Shown here: in pieces, positions 48,128-58,373 of the stretch | Position numbering within the stretch: the stretch's first letter is position 1 | Layout: each line of letters starts with the position of its first letter | Source of the DNA: Methanothrix sp. | Lineage (GTDB): Archaea > Halobacteriota > Methanosarcinia > Methanotrichales > Methanotrichaceae | DNA length: 64,000 bases | Direction: 5' to 3' | NCBI GenBank assembly: GCA_040770465.1 | Contig: JAXGJB010000009.1 | Location: 9,808-73,807 of the forward strand | The notes under the pieces: model-generated | Databases searched by the model: none | What the model saw: only the letters and a program-made list of their open reading frames with translations | What the model was told of the DNA's origin: nothing | Translations under genes and position numbers: made by a program

Positions 48128-48134
48128 CTTTTGA

Positions 48135-48851
48135 GTGATCGTTTTGGATCCCGTAGAGATTCTGGACATACTGGGGAACGAGAACCGCAGAAGGATCCTC
48201 CAGCTCCTATCATTCCGCCCCTTCTACTTCAACGAGATGGCAAAGAGGCTCGACCTCGGCCCCAAGGCGGTGATAGACCACCTGGAGATGCTGGAGCGGG
48301 CGGGGCTCATCGAGTGCTACCGGGACGACCGGAGGCGGAAGTACTTCAGGATAGCCGATAACGTCGTCTTAGAGGTGGCCTTCTCACCCCACTCTTATGG
48401 GATCAGAACCTATCGGCCCGAGGAACTCCAGAGGTCCGCGGCCACGGCTGCCAGGGGCGAAGGGTTGGCGGGTCAGGCCATGCCAAAAAGATCGAGATCC
48501 GATTCGCCGAGGTCCGATTCGCCGGCCCGGGATCAGGGCCGCTCCGGGGAGATGGATGGAATCTGCTCGCGGCTCCGGGAGCTGGAAGAGGAGAGGCTCC
48601 GGCTGAGAAGGCTGATGGAAGAGATATACTCTGAGGAGATCTTGATCAGGAGGCTGGCCTTCGGGCTCATAGAGGAGTGCGCCACAGACCAGCTGGAGGC
48701 GGATATCCTCACCGCCCTAGTATCCGGCGAGTCGGGGACCGAATCCCTGGCCCGGAGGCTCGGGATCCCCCAGGCCGTGGTGGAAGAGAGGCTGAAGGTC
48801 CTTTTGGACCAGGGGAAGGTTCAAAAGCGGGACGATGGTTGGACGATATGA
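48135..48851 (+). CDS. ArsR-family heat-shock regulator, Phr/HSR1-like
   Basis: LDILGNENRRRILQLLSFRP...LGPKAVIDHLEMLERAGLIE..RRKYF; coiled coil; directly upstream of cdc48. Confidence 0.85.
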   Translation: MIVLDPVEILDILGNENRRRILQLLSFRPFYFNEMAKRLDLGPKAVIDHLEMLERAGLIECYRDDRRRKYFRIADNVVLEVAFSPHSYGIRTYRPEELQRSAATAARGEGLAGQAMPKRSRSDSPRSDSPARDQGRSGEMDGICSRLRELEEERLRLRRLMEEIYSEEILIRRLAFGLIEECATDQLEADILTALVSGESGTESLARRLGIPQAVVEERLKVLLDQGKVQKRDDGWTI

Positions 48852-48866
48852 GCGAATTCGGACCAG

Positions 48867-51062
48867 GTGGACCAAGGATATCGGACCTCGATCAGCATGA
48901 ATAAGACCATCACTCTCAAGGTGGCGGAAGCCTACCACAGGGACGTCGGCAGGGGCATCGCAAGGCTCGGCCAGGATCTCATCGGCGAGATGGGGCTTGA
49001 GGCGGGCGGCGTCGTGGAGATCCAGAGCAAGAAGACCACCGCCTACGCCGTAGCCTGGCAGATATCTTCCAAGGACTCGACGGACGTCATCAGGATAGAC
49101 GGAAACCTCAGAGGCAACCTGGGGATCGGGATAGACGACAGGGTGGTCGTCAGAAAGAGCGAGGCAAGGCCCGCGAAGAGGGTCGTCGTCGCCCCCACGA
49201 CCAGGACGAGGCTCATCGGTGGACCTCAGTACCTCCACCGGACCCTCCTGGGCCGGCCCATCGTCAAGGGCGAGCAGCTGAGAATCGAGATGATATCGTC
49301 GTCCCTCGGCTTTGTGGTGGTGAGCACCTTCCCGAAGGGACCGGTGGTGGTCGCCGCCGAGACCGAGATCAAGATCCTGAAGGAGACCCTCGAGGAGATG
49401 GCGGTGAGGGAGATCTCTTATGAGGACATAGGGGGCCTCTCGATGGAGATCAGGATGGTCAGGGAGATGATCGAGCTTCCCCTCCGCCACCCCGAGATCT
49501 TCCAAAAGTTGGGGATAAAACCCCCACAGGGCCTCCTCCTTTTCGGCCCGCCGGGGACCGGAAAGACCCTCATCGCCCGGGCCGTGGCCGGCGAGACCGA
49601 GGCGAACTTCATCAGCATCAGCGGCCCCGAGATCACCTCCAAGTTCTACGGCGAGTCAGAAAAGAGGCTCCGGGAGATCTTCGAGGAGGCGGAGAGGTCC
49701 GCTCCCTCGATCGTCTTCATCGACGAGATCGACTCGATAGCCCCGAAGAGGGAGGAGGTGGCAGGCGACCTGGAACGGAGGGTGGTGGCCCAGCTCCTCT
49801 CCCTCATGGACGGCCTCGCCTCCCGGGGGGAGGTGATCGTCATCGCCGCCACCAACAGGCCGAACACCCTCGACCCCGCCATCCGACGGGGCGGCAGGTT
49901 CGACCGGGAGATCGAGATCGGAATCCCCGACAAGAACGGGAGGCTCGAGATCCTCTACGTCCACACGAGGGGTATGCCCATCTCCGAGGGCGTTGACCTG
50001 GAGTCGATCGCCGAGATGACCCACGGCTTCGTCGGGGCGGACCTCGCCTCCCTCTGCAAGGAGGCGGCGATGCACACGTTGAACAGGCTGATCCCGGACC
50101 TCGACTCCGAGGAGGAGATCCCCGGCGGGGTCCTCGAAGATCTGATGGTGACGGAGGACGACTTTCGGTTCGCTCTCAAGATGATCGAGCCCTCCGCCAT
50201 GAGAGAGGTCTTCGTGGAGGTCGCCGAAGTCCACTGGGACGAGGTCGGCGGCCTCGACCGGGCGAAGCAGGATCTGGTGGAGGCGGTCGAGTGGCCCCTC
50301 AAGTATCCGGACGCCTTCGAGTCGATCGGGATCAGGCCTCCCCGGGGCGTCCTCCTCCTCGGCCCGCCCGGCACGGGAAAGACCCTCCTCGCCAAGGCCG
50401 TGGCCACCGAGAGCGGGGTCAACTTCATCTCGGTGAAGGGGCCGGAGCTCCTCTCCAAGTGGGTCGGCGAGTCGGAACGGGCGGTGAGAGAGGTCTTCCG
50501 GAAGGCGAGGCAGGCGGCTCCATCCCTCATCTTCTTCGACGAGGTGGACTCGATGATCCCTGCCCGGGGGTCGGGGCTCGACTCTCACGCCACCGAGAGG
50601 GTGGTGAGCCAGTTTCTGACGGAGATGGACGGGGTCGTCGAGCTGAAGGACGTCGTCGTCCTCGCCGCCACCAACAGGCCCGACCTCCTCGACCCCTCCC
50701 TCCTCCGGCCGGGGCGGCTGGACCGATTGATAAGAATACCGATGCCCGACGGAGAAGCGAGGGAGAAGATATTCGAGATCCACCTCTCAGAAATGCCCCT
50801 CGCCGAGGGCGTCTCCATCTCCGACCTGGCGGAGATGACCGACGGCTGGACCGGAGCTGACATCGAGACCCTCTGCCGCGAAGCTGGGATGATCGCCCTC
50901 AGGGAGAAGATCGTCCCGGGTATGAGAAGAGAGGAGCTGATACCAGACGATATCCAGGTCGAAGGTCGCCACTTCCGGGAGGCCTTTGAGAGGGTCAAGC
51001 CTCACCTGACGCCGGAGATGGTGGGGGATTACGCGAGGCTTATGAAGGAGTTCGAGGTGTGA
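48867..51062 (+). CDS. cdc48: CDC48/VAT family AAA ATPase
   Basis: N domain plus two AAA modules (GPPGTGKT twice, DEIDS/DEVDS). Confidence 0.95.
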   Translation: MDQGYRTSISMNKTITLKVAEAYHRDVGRGIARLGQDLIGEMGLEAGGVVEIQSKKTTAYAVAWQISSKDSTDVIRIDGNLRGNLGIGIDDRVVVRKSEARPAKRVVVAPTTRTRLIGGPQYLHRTLLGRPIVKGEQLRIEMISSSLGFVVVSTFPKGPVVVAAETEIKILKETLEEMAVREISYEDIGGLSMEIRMVREMIELPLRHPEIFQKLGIKPPQGLLLFGPPGTGKTLIARAVAGETEANFISISGPEITSKFYGESEKRLREIFEEAERSAPSIVFIDEIDSIAPKREEVAGDLERRVVAQLLSLMDGLASRGEVIVIAATNRPNTLDPAIRRGGRFDREIEIGIPDKNGRLEILYVHTRGMPISEGVDLESIAEMTHGFVGADLASLCKEAAMHTLNRLIPDLDSEEEIPGGVLEDLMVTEDDFRFALKMIEPSAMREVFVEVAEVHWDEVGGLDRAKQDLVEAVEWPLKYPDAFESIGIRPPRGVLLLGPPGTGKTLLAKAVATESGVNFISVKGPELLSKWVGESERAVREVFRKARQAAPSLIFFDEVDSMIPARGSGLDSHATERVVSQFLTEMDGVVELKDVVVLAATNRPDLLDPSLLRPGRLDRLIRIPMPDGEAREKIFEIHLSEMPLAEGVSISDLAEMTDGWTGADIETLCREAGMIALREKIVPGMRREELIPDDIQVEGRHFREAFERVKPHLTPEMVGDYARLMKEFEV

Positions 51063-51111
51063 GAGCAAATTGACGATTCAGCATCAGTTATTTAGGCTAG
51101 AAGGTTCACCT

Positions 51112-53034
51112 ATGGTCGAGAGGGCCGATATTTTGTTGGACGACGAGAAGAAGGATCTGTTGGGGATCACCGAGTTCGAGGACACCAGCAGCGTCAAGGT
51201 GCCTGAGAGTCTGATCGACCAGGTGATCGGCCAGGACGAGGCGGTGGAGGTCATAAAGAAGGCGGCCCACCAGCGCCGCCACGTGATGTTGATAGGCTCC
51301 CCCGGCACGGGCAAATCGATGCTGGGAAGGGCCATGAGCGAGCTTCTCCCCGTAGAGGATCTCCAGGACGTTCTGGTCTACAACAACCCCGAGGATAACA
51401 ACAACCCCAAGGTCAGGGTAGTCCCGGCGGGAAGGGGAAGGCAGATAGTCGACGCCCACAAGATGGAGGCGCGGAAGAAGACCCAGACCAGGAACATGTT
51501 CTTCATGCTGATCATGATGGGCCTGCTCGTCTACGCCTACTATACGGGCCAGCTCCTCTTCGGGATCATAGCCGCGGCCCTGATATTCCTCTCCATGCGC
51601 TACCTCATCCCCAAGGACGACTCTCTGGTGCCGAAGCTATTGGTGGACAACAGCAAACAGAAGAAGGCGCCTTACGTCGACGCCACGGGAGCCCACGCCG
51701 GAGCCCTCCTTGGAGACGTCCGCCACGACCCCTTCCAGTCCGGCGGCCTTGAGACCCCGAGCCACGATCGGGTCGAGTGCGGCGCCATCCACAGGGCCCA
51801 CAAGGGCGTCCTCTTCATCGACGAGGTGAACACCCTCCGGCTCGAGTCCCAGCAGAGCCTCCTCACCTCCCTCCAGGAAGGAGAGTACCCCATAACCGGC
51901 CAGTCCGAGCGCTCCTCCGGAGCCCTGGTCAGGACCGACCCCGTACCCTGCGACTTCGTCATGATCGCCGCTGGAAACCTCGACGCCATGGGGGGGATGC
52001 ATCCCGCCTTGCGGTCCAGGATCAAGGGTTACGGCTACGAGGTCTACATGAGAGACACCATGGACGACACCGTAGAGAACCGGGAGAAGCTGGTCCGGTT
52101 CGTCGCCCAGGAGGTGACGAGGGACGGGAAGATCCCCCACTTCACCAGGGACGCCGTCGCCGAGATCGTGAGAGAGGCGAAGAGGCGGGCCGGGAGGAAG
52201 GGCCACTTGACCCTCCTCCTGCGGGATCTGGGCGGCCTGATCAGGGTGGCAGGCGACGTCGCCCGGTCCGAAGGAGCAGCCCTCACCGACGCCAGGCACG
52301 TCCTCGAAGCCAAGAAGATGGCCCGGTCCGTCGAGCAGCAGCTCGCCGACATGTACCTGGAGCGGAGGAAGGACTACAGCATGTTCAAGAACGCCGGAGC
52401 CGAGATCGGGAGGGTCAACGGCCTCGCCGTCGTCGGAGACTCGGGGATAGTCCTCCCCATAATGGCCGAGGTCACCCCTGCCCAGTCCAAGGAGGAGGGG
52501 AAGGTGATCGCCACAGGCCGGCTCCAGGAGATCGCAAAAGAGGCGGTCCAGAACGTCTCGGCCCTGATCAAGAAGTTCCTCGGAGAGGACATCACCAACA
52601 AAGACGTACACATCCAGTTCATAGGAACCTACGAGGGGGTCGAAGGTGACAGCGCATCGATATCGATAGCGACAGCGGTGATCTCCGCCCTCGAAAGCGT
52701 ACCCATCAAGCAGAACATAGCCATGACGGGGTCCCTATCGGTGAGGGGCGACGTCCTCCCCGTCGGAGGCGTCACCCAGAAGATCGAGGCCGCGGCCCAG
52801 GCCGGGATCACCACCGTCCTCATCCCCAAGTCCAACGAGGGGGACGTCCTGATCGATGAGACCTTCAGGGACAGGATCAAGATCATACCGGTCACTTCGA
52901 TCAGCGAGGTCTTCGAGTACAGCTTCTCGGGCCAGAAGCCGAAGCTTCTGGAGAAATTGAAGAAGTTCGCCGCGGAGAAGAAGCTTGGGATCGTCCTCCC
53001 CGAGACGATCCCGACTCCGAGCAAAAGTCTGTAG
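51112..53034 (+). CDS. lonB: Membrane-anchored ATP-dependent protease LonB
   Basis: GSPGTGKS, internal TM pair, EGDSAS catalytic Ser, PVGGVTQK catalytic Lys. Confidence 0.95.
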   Translation: MVERADILLDDEKKDLLGITEFEDTSSVKVPESLIDQVIGQDEAVEVIKKAAHQRRHVMLIGSPGTGKSMLGRAMSELLPVEDLQDVLVYNNPEDNNNPKVRVVPAGRGRQIVDAHKMEARKKTQTRNMFFMLIMMGLLVYAYYTGQLLFGIIAAALIFLSMRYLIPKDDSLVPKLLVDNSKQKKAPYVDATGAHAGALLGDVRHDPFQSGGLETPSHDRVECGAIHRAHKGVLFIDEVNTLRLESQQSLLTSLQEGEYPITGQSERSSGALVRTDPVPCDFVMIAAGNLDAMGGMHPALRSRIKGYGYEVYMRDTMDDTVENREKLVRFVAQEVTRDGKIPHFTRDAVAEIVREAKRRAGRKGHLTLLLRDLGGLIRVAGDVARSEGAALTDARHVLEAKKMARSVEQQLADMYLERRKDYSMFKNAGAEIGRVNGLAVVGDSGIVLPIMAEVTPAQSKEEGKVIATGRLQEIAKEAVQNVSALIKKFLGEDITNKDVHIQFIGTYEGVEGDSASISIATAVISALESVPIKQNIAMTGSLSVRGDVLPVGGVTQKIEAAAQAGITTVLIPKSNEGDVLIDETFRDRIKIIPVTSISEVFEYSFSGQKPKLLEKLKKFAAEKKLGIVLPETIPTPSKSL

Positions 53035-53179
53035 TTGGTGGAACGAGGGAGAGATAGCGGAAAAAGCACCTTTTTGCGGAGCAGGTCTCTCACATCATCC
53101 GAGTCGCGGCCGAAATACCGCGGCCGCTCCCCTCGCAGCCGTTCTTTTTGAGTTTTGCACATTTATCGTGCCGTCGGCT

Positions 53180-53261
53180 CTGACAGACATGTTTTGATCT
53201 CTGCTGACAGACATGTTTTGATCTCTGCTGACAGACATGTTTTGATCTCTGCTGACAGACA
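53180..53261. repeat. 24-bp tandem repeat CTGACAGACATGTTTTGATCTCTG x3.4
   Basis: Perfect head-to-tail copies at 53180, 53204, 53228, partial at 53252; no spacers. Confidence 0.95.
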
Positions 53262-53318
53262 GGGTTAAGTCATACCAGCACCCTCCTCTCGTCGGAGAAG
53301 TCTGTAGAGGCGGATCAG

Positions 53319-54641
53319 ATGGACGAATTTCACGATCAGCGAATTATAAGGGGCAAGAGCACGAGGGTGGTCCTGGACAACGGGGAGCTGGACGAGATCT
53401 CGGAGAGTTTCTTTCTGGGAGCTGCCGTCAGGGCCCTTTCGGGAGGGTCCTGGGGATTCGTCCAGACCGAGAGCCTCGACGACCTGGCGAAAGATCTAAA
53501 GACGGCAAAACGGGCCGCGAGGAGGATCGCCGGAGCCGAGCGGCTGGATCTGGCTCAGTCTCTTCCCGGCAAGAGCGCGAAGGTTCCCGTGAAGAAGGAC
53601 CCGGGCGACCTCTCTTTGGAGGAGAAGGTTGGCCTTCTCCGGGAGATAGAGGACGCCGCCAAGGTGAAAGGGGTCTCCAGCACCCAGGCGGTCTACAACG
53701 AAGTCGTGGTGAAGACCAATTATACCAGCTCCGACGGCAGGGATATCGAGGGCGAGACGACGAGGGTCGGGTTCTACGTCACCGCCGTCGCCAGCCGCTC
53801 CGGCGTCTACCAGGCTGGGATGGAGAGCAGAGCCGGGACCTGCGGCCTTGAGCTCTTCGACGACGTCGATGCACCGGCCCTCGCCCGGCGGGCTGGAGAG
53901 ACCGCTGTGGCACTGCTGGAGGCGAAGGCCCCGAAGGGGGGGAGCTATCCCGTCGTCGTCGATCAGGAGCTCGGCGGCGTCTTCGTCCACGAGGCGGTGG
54001 GCCACGCCGTCGAGGCGGACATCGTCCTTGAGGGCGGCTCGATCCTGGAGGGGAAGATCGGCGATGTGATCGGCTCAGAGCTGGTGACGGTCAAAGACGA
54101 CCCGAGCCTCCCCCTCTACGGCCACTACCCCTTCGACGACGAGGGGAGCGCCTCCGGCGAGACGATCCTGGTCGAGAACGGCATCCTCCGATCCTACCTC
54201 CACTCCCGAGAGACGGCCGGACGGCTCGGCGGAAACCCTCGAAACGCCCGGGCCCAGGGGAGCGCAAGGCCGGTGGTTAGGATGAGCAACACCTACATCG
54301 CCCCTGGAAAAGAGGGCTGGAAGCTTCCCGAGATCCTGGAAGAGATGAAAGACGGGGTCTACCTTCTGGGGAGCAGAGGCGGCCAGGTGAGCACTGCCGA
54401 GGGGGTATTCCAGTTCAACGCCAAGCGAGGCTACCTGGTGGAGGGGGGCGAGATGACGTCGCTTCTCCGGGACGTATCCCTCTCAGGCCACATCCTGGAG
54501 ATCCTGGAGAGGGTGAAGGTCGTCGGAGACGATCTCTCGTTCAACAGCGGCAGATGCGGAAAGTCGGGCCAGCTCGTCCCCGTAAGCGACGGCTCGCCCC
54601 ACCTCCTCGTCGAGGAGGCGACGGTGGGGGGATCGGGATGA
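53319..54641 (+). CDS. tldD: TldD-family metalloprotease
   Basis: HEAVGHAVEAD, RMSNTY, CGKSGQLVPVSDGSPH. Confidence 0.92.
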   Translation: MDEFHDQRIIRGKSTRVVLDNGELDEISESFFLGAAVRALSGGSWGFVQTESLDDLAKDLKTAKRAARRIAGAERLDLAQSLPGKSAKVPVKKDPGDLSLEEKVGLLREIEDAAKVKGVSSTQAVYNEVVVKTNYTSSDGRDIEGETTRVGFYVTAVASRSGVYQAGMESRAGTCGLELFDDVDAPALARRAGETAVALLEAKAPKGGSYPVVVDQELGGVFVHEAVGHAVEADIVLEGGSILEGKIGDVIGSELVTVKDDPSLPLYGHYPFDDEGSASGETILVENGILRSYLHSRETAGRLGGNPRNARAQGSARPVVRMSNTYIAPGKEGWKLPEILEEMKDGVYLLGSRGGQVSTAEGVFQFNAKRGYLVEGGEMTSLLRDVSLSGHILEILERVKVVGDDLSFNSGRCGKSGQLVPVSDGSPHLLVEEATVGGSG

Positions 54642-54803
54642 TGATGCCCCTCCCGGCGGAGACCATCGATCATCATATATGTTGAGTGTCTCAAAGGATG
54701 CAAAAGGAGCTTCGAGTTTGGAAGAGATGCTGCTGTCTGCGAGGCGATATGAAGATCCTCGCCAGGATCTGGTGCAATTTCGAGATGGTGGAGGCTTGAA
54801 GAG

Positions 54804-55718
54804 TTGAAAGTTTCAATAGTCATTCCGACTTATAACGAAGAAAAGACCATAATCAAGAAGCTGGAAAATACTTTAGAATTAAATCATCCAAAAAATGATT
54901 TGGAAATTGTGATCGTGGACTGTTCCGATGACAAGACTCCCGAGCTCATCGAGGATTACTTCAGAGGTCACGGTGAAGGGGTCGAGCTGGTCCTAGACCA
55001 CGAGGACGAGAGAAGAGGGCTTCCCTACGGCCTGAACAAGGGCTACTCCATAGCGACGGGCGAGATAATCGTGAAGACCGACTGCGACGCCATGCTGGAT
55101 GAGGACGCCCTCAAGCACGCCCTCTCCTCCTTCGAGGACGATCGAATCGGCTGTGTCACCGGCAGGGCAGTACCAATAGGCTCAAAGTCCGAGGAGAGCT
55201 ACAGGGACCTGAACGCCAGAATCCAGCTTCTGGAGTCGAGGATCGATTCGACCATCATCGCCCATGGTCCCTTTACAGCTTTCAGGAGGCGGCTTCTCAA
55301 GAAGATCGACGACGACTCCCTGGCCGACGACAGTGAACTCTCCCTGAAGATTAGAAAGCAGGGGTACAGGTCGATCCTCAATCCAGAGGTGATCTTCTAC
55401 GAGAAGACCTCCGAGGAGGGGAGGGAGGAGCAGAAGGCGAGACGGGCTTCAGGCCTCGTCAGGCTGATGTGGAGGAACAAGACCCTCTTCCTCAACCCGA
55501 AGTACGGCCTTTATGGCCTGGTGGTCTTTCCGTTCAACTTCTCAACGATAGTTGTTCTGCCCATCCTCCTTTCGCCCCTCCTCCTGCTGATGATGAAGCT
55601 GGGAGTCCGGGGCGGGACCCTCCTGGAGACGGAGCAGTTCCTCCTCCGGGGTATGGGACGGCTCCTCTCGAAGAAGGCGACGGTCTTCTGGGAGCCGGAC
55701 GCGAATATCAGGGGCTGA
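54804..55718 (+). CDS. GT2 family glycosyltransferase
   Basis: SIVIPTYNEE, DCSDD, TDCD, ADD, QKARR; C-terminal TM. Confidence 0.88.
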   Translation: MKVSIVIPTYNEEKTIIKKLENTLELNHPKNDLEIVIVDCSDDKTPELIEDYFRGHGEGVELVLDHEDERRGLPYGLNKGYSIATGEIIVKTDCDAMLDEDALKHALSSFEDDRIGCVTGRAVPIGSKSEESYRDLNARIQLLESRIDSTIIAHGPFTAFRRRLLKKIDDDSLADDSELSLKIRKQGYRSILNPEVIFYEKTSEEGREEQKARRASGLVRLMWRNKTLFLNPKYGLYGLVVFPFNFSTIVVLPILLSPLLLLMMKLGVRGGTLLETEQFLLRGMGRLLSKKATVFWEPDANIRG

Positions 55719-55845
55719 ATATGGGAGAATCCGGGGATGAAATATCCGGGGATGAAATTGCACTTTCCATCAGAGAACCGATGGCAAGATAGGGACGAGT
55801 GCATAGAACCTATTCAAAATTAAGATCTGAGGTGCCGATCAATCT

Positions 55846-57066
55846 ATGCAGGCTATAGTTTTAGCGGCGGGAGAGGGATCACGAATGCGGCCTCTCACCT
55901 CTTCACGGCCGAAGGTGATGCTTCCTGTTTGCGGAAGGCCTTTTCTCGAACACGTGATCGAAAGATCCAAAAGGGCCGGAATAACAGAATTCGTCTTCGT
56001 CGTGGGCTACCGATCCGAATCCGTCATCCAGAAGTTCAAAGACGGAAGAGATATGGGGGTCTCCATAAAGTACGCGATCCAGAGAGATAGACGAGGCACC
56101 GGCGACGCCCTCATGGCCGCAGAAGAGATGGCGGAAGATGAGTTTTTGGTCCTGAACGGCGACGTGTTGACCGACACTCCATCTCTAAAGAGGATGGTGG
56201 ATGGGGGGGGGCTCGCCGTCGCCTCGAAACGAGTAGCCGATCCCTCAAGGTACGGGGTCTTCGAGGCCGAAGCGGGGCGGCTCAAGTCGGTGACGGAGAA
56301 GAGCCCTTCGCCTCCATCAGATCTGGCCAACGCCGGCATCTATCTTATGGGTGGGGAGATCTTCGACCTGTTGAGGGATATCTCCATCTCTGAGCGGGGC
56401 GAGTACGAGCTGACCGACGGGTTAAACGCCCTGGTATCTGAGGGAAGGGAGGTCCGGATGGCTGAGATCGACGAATGGATCGAGATCGGTAGACCATGGG
56501 ACCTCTTGAGCGCAAGTGAACAGCTCGCCCTCTTCGAGGATTATTCAGTATCGGGAGAGGTGGAGACTAACGCCAGCTTATCCGGCAGGGTATCGGTCGG
56601 CATCGGGACGAGGATAAGGTCGGGATCATACATCCAGGGGCCGGTGGTCATAGGGGAAGACTGCGATATCGGTCCGAATTGTTTCATCAGGCCTTATTCG
56701 TTCATAGGTGATAACGTACGTGTGGGGAACGCTGTAGAGATCAAAAACAGCACTATTATGGACGATACGAATATCGCCCACCTCAGCTACGTCGGAGATA
56801 GCGTCATAGGGTCGAGCTGCAACTTCGGGGCAGGGACGATAGTTGCAAACCTCAGGCACGATCGCGGAGACATCCGGTCCTACATCAAGGGGGTGGAGGT
56901 TAACTCCGAAAGACATAAGCTCGGGGTCATAATGGGGGACGATGTCAAAACGGGCATAAATTCGACCATATACCCCGGAACGGTTATAGATTCGGGTTAT
57001 CGAGGCGATCCCGGCGAGCTGATCCGAGGTTGGGTCAGCGCTGGTGAGCGGGAGCAGCATCGATGA
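55846..57066 (+). CDS. glmU: Sugar-1-phosphate nucleotidyltransferase/acetyltransferase (archaeal GlmU-like), copy 1
   Basis: LAAGEGSRMRPLT..RPK, ERGEYELTD, left-handed beta helix with HLSYVGDS. Confidence 0.88.
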   Translation: MQAIVLAAGEGSRMRPLTSSRPKVMLPVCGRPFLEHVIERSKRAGITEFVFVVGYRSESVIQKFKDGRDMGVSIKYAIQRDRRGTGDALMAAEEMAEDEFLVLNGDVLTDTPSLKRMVDGGGLAVASKRVADPSRYGVFEAEAGRLKSVTEKSPSPPSDLANAGIYLMGGEIFDLLRDISISERGEYELTDGLNALVSEGREVRMAEIDEWIEIGRPWDLLSASEQLALFEDYSVSGEVETNASLSGRVSVGIGTRIRSGSYIQGPVVIGEDCDIGPNCFIRPYSFIGDNVRVGNAVEIKNSTIMDDTNIAHLSYVGDSVIGSSCNFGAGTIVANLRHDRGDIRSYIKGVEVNSERHKLGVIMGDDVKTGINSTIYPGTVIDSGYRGDPGELIRGWVSAGEREQHR

Positions 57067-57175
57067 GAGGCGCCTCCCGGCCCTGTGAAGGCCCGACACT
57101 AAAATCTTCCGGAAAAGTATAAAGCCGAATACAGAAAATTTAGCCTTTAACGGATTGCACTGGCTGTGGTATTTG

Positions 57176-58372
57176 TTGAAAGCGGTTATATTGGCGGCGG
57201 GAGAGGGCAGGAGATGCAGGCCTCTGACCCAGACTCGGTCCAAGGTCATGCTCTCCGTGAGGAACAGGCCCATCATGGAGCACGTCATCCAGGCGCTGGC
57301 AGCGAAAGGGGTGCGTGACCTGGTGGTCGTCGTCGGCTACCAGAAAGAGCGGATCATGAACTACTTCGGCGACGGCGTCCACTACGGCGTCAAGATCGAA
57401 TACGTGGTCCAGGAAGAGCAGCTGGGCACAGCCGACGCCCTGAGCAAGGCGAGACCCCACGTCGATGGTTCCATCCTGGTGGTCAACGGCGACAATCTGG
57501 TGGACAAACGCGCAATAGACGACGTACTGATGGCAGAAGGCGAGAACGTCATACTCGCCGCTCTCCGAGAGCATGCTGGAGATTACGGTGTCCTGACCGT
57601 GGTGGGTGGGAAGGTGACCAAAATACTAGAGAAGCCGGGTCGCCCATGTGCAGGCATCCTCAATACCGGGGTCTACAGGTTCGGGCCGGAGATCTTTGAA
57701 GAGATCCCCAAAACGCCCATATCTGAGAGAGGATCTTACGAGCTGACCCAGACCATTGCTCACATGATCGAGGAGGGGCGCGATGTGAGGGCCAGGATAA
57801 CCGACGGTCTGTGGGCGGACGCCGTATTCTCGTGGGACCTCCTGGAGGCGAACAGCAGCATTCTCGATATTGGTGAGCCCAGGGTGAAGGGCGAGATTGA
57901 GGCGGGAGTCCGGCTCCGAGGCCAGGTGGAGATCGGTGAGGGGAGCGTCGTGATGTCGGGATCTTACATAGTAGGTCCCGTCTCCATAGGCAAAAACTGC
58001 GAGCTTGGGCCGAACGTCACAATCCTTCCCACGACATCCGTAGGCGACTCGGTGAAGGTGGGCTCTCACACCGAGATCAGAAACAGCATAATTATGAATG
58101 GGGCAAGGATAGGAGCTGGGGCCATCATAACAAACTCGATCTTCGGCGCCAGCACCAGATTCGGCGATCATCTGACGGTGGAATCGGGCGAAGCGGTGGT
58201 GCCGATAGAAGACGAGTTTCATCGTGCGGAGTTTGGTGCGGTGGTAGCCGACAACGTGATCGTAGGTGGGAGGGTGCTGATGCATCCGGGGACGATGGTT
58301 GGGACCGGATCGAAGATAGGATCGGGGACTGAGATCCGCGGATGGATCGAAAGAGGCAGCAGGGTGATATGA
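57176..58372 (+). CDS. Sugar-1-phosphate nucleotidyltransferase/acetyltransferase (GlmU-like), copy 2
   Basis: LAAGEGRRCRPLT, QLGTADAL, hexapeptide repeats. Confidence 0.85.
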   Translation: MKAVILAAGEGRRCRPLTQTRSKVMLSVRNRPIMEHVIQALAAKGVRDLVVVVGYQKERIMNYFGDGVHYGVKIEYVVQEEQLGTADALSKARPHVDGSILVVNGDNLVDKRAIDDVLMAEGENVILAALREHAGDYGVLTVVGGKVTKILEKPGRPCAGILNTGVYRFGPEIFEEIPKTPISERGSYELTQTIAHMIEEGRDVRARITDGLWADAVFSWDLLEANSSILDIGEPRVKGEIEAGVRLRGQVEIGEGSVVMSGSYIVGPVSIGKNCELGPNVTILPTTSVGDSVKVGSHTEIRNSIIMNGARIGAGAIITNSIFGASTRFGDHLTVESGEAVVPIEDEFHRAEFGAVVADNVIVGGRVLMHPGTMVGTGSKIGSGTEIRGWIERGSRVI

Positions 58373-58373
58373 G

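Noticed and set aside
53180-53261. 24-bp repeats as a CRISPR array
   Set aside because: Units are head-to-tail with no spacers, and there are no cas genes in the window.
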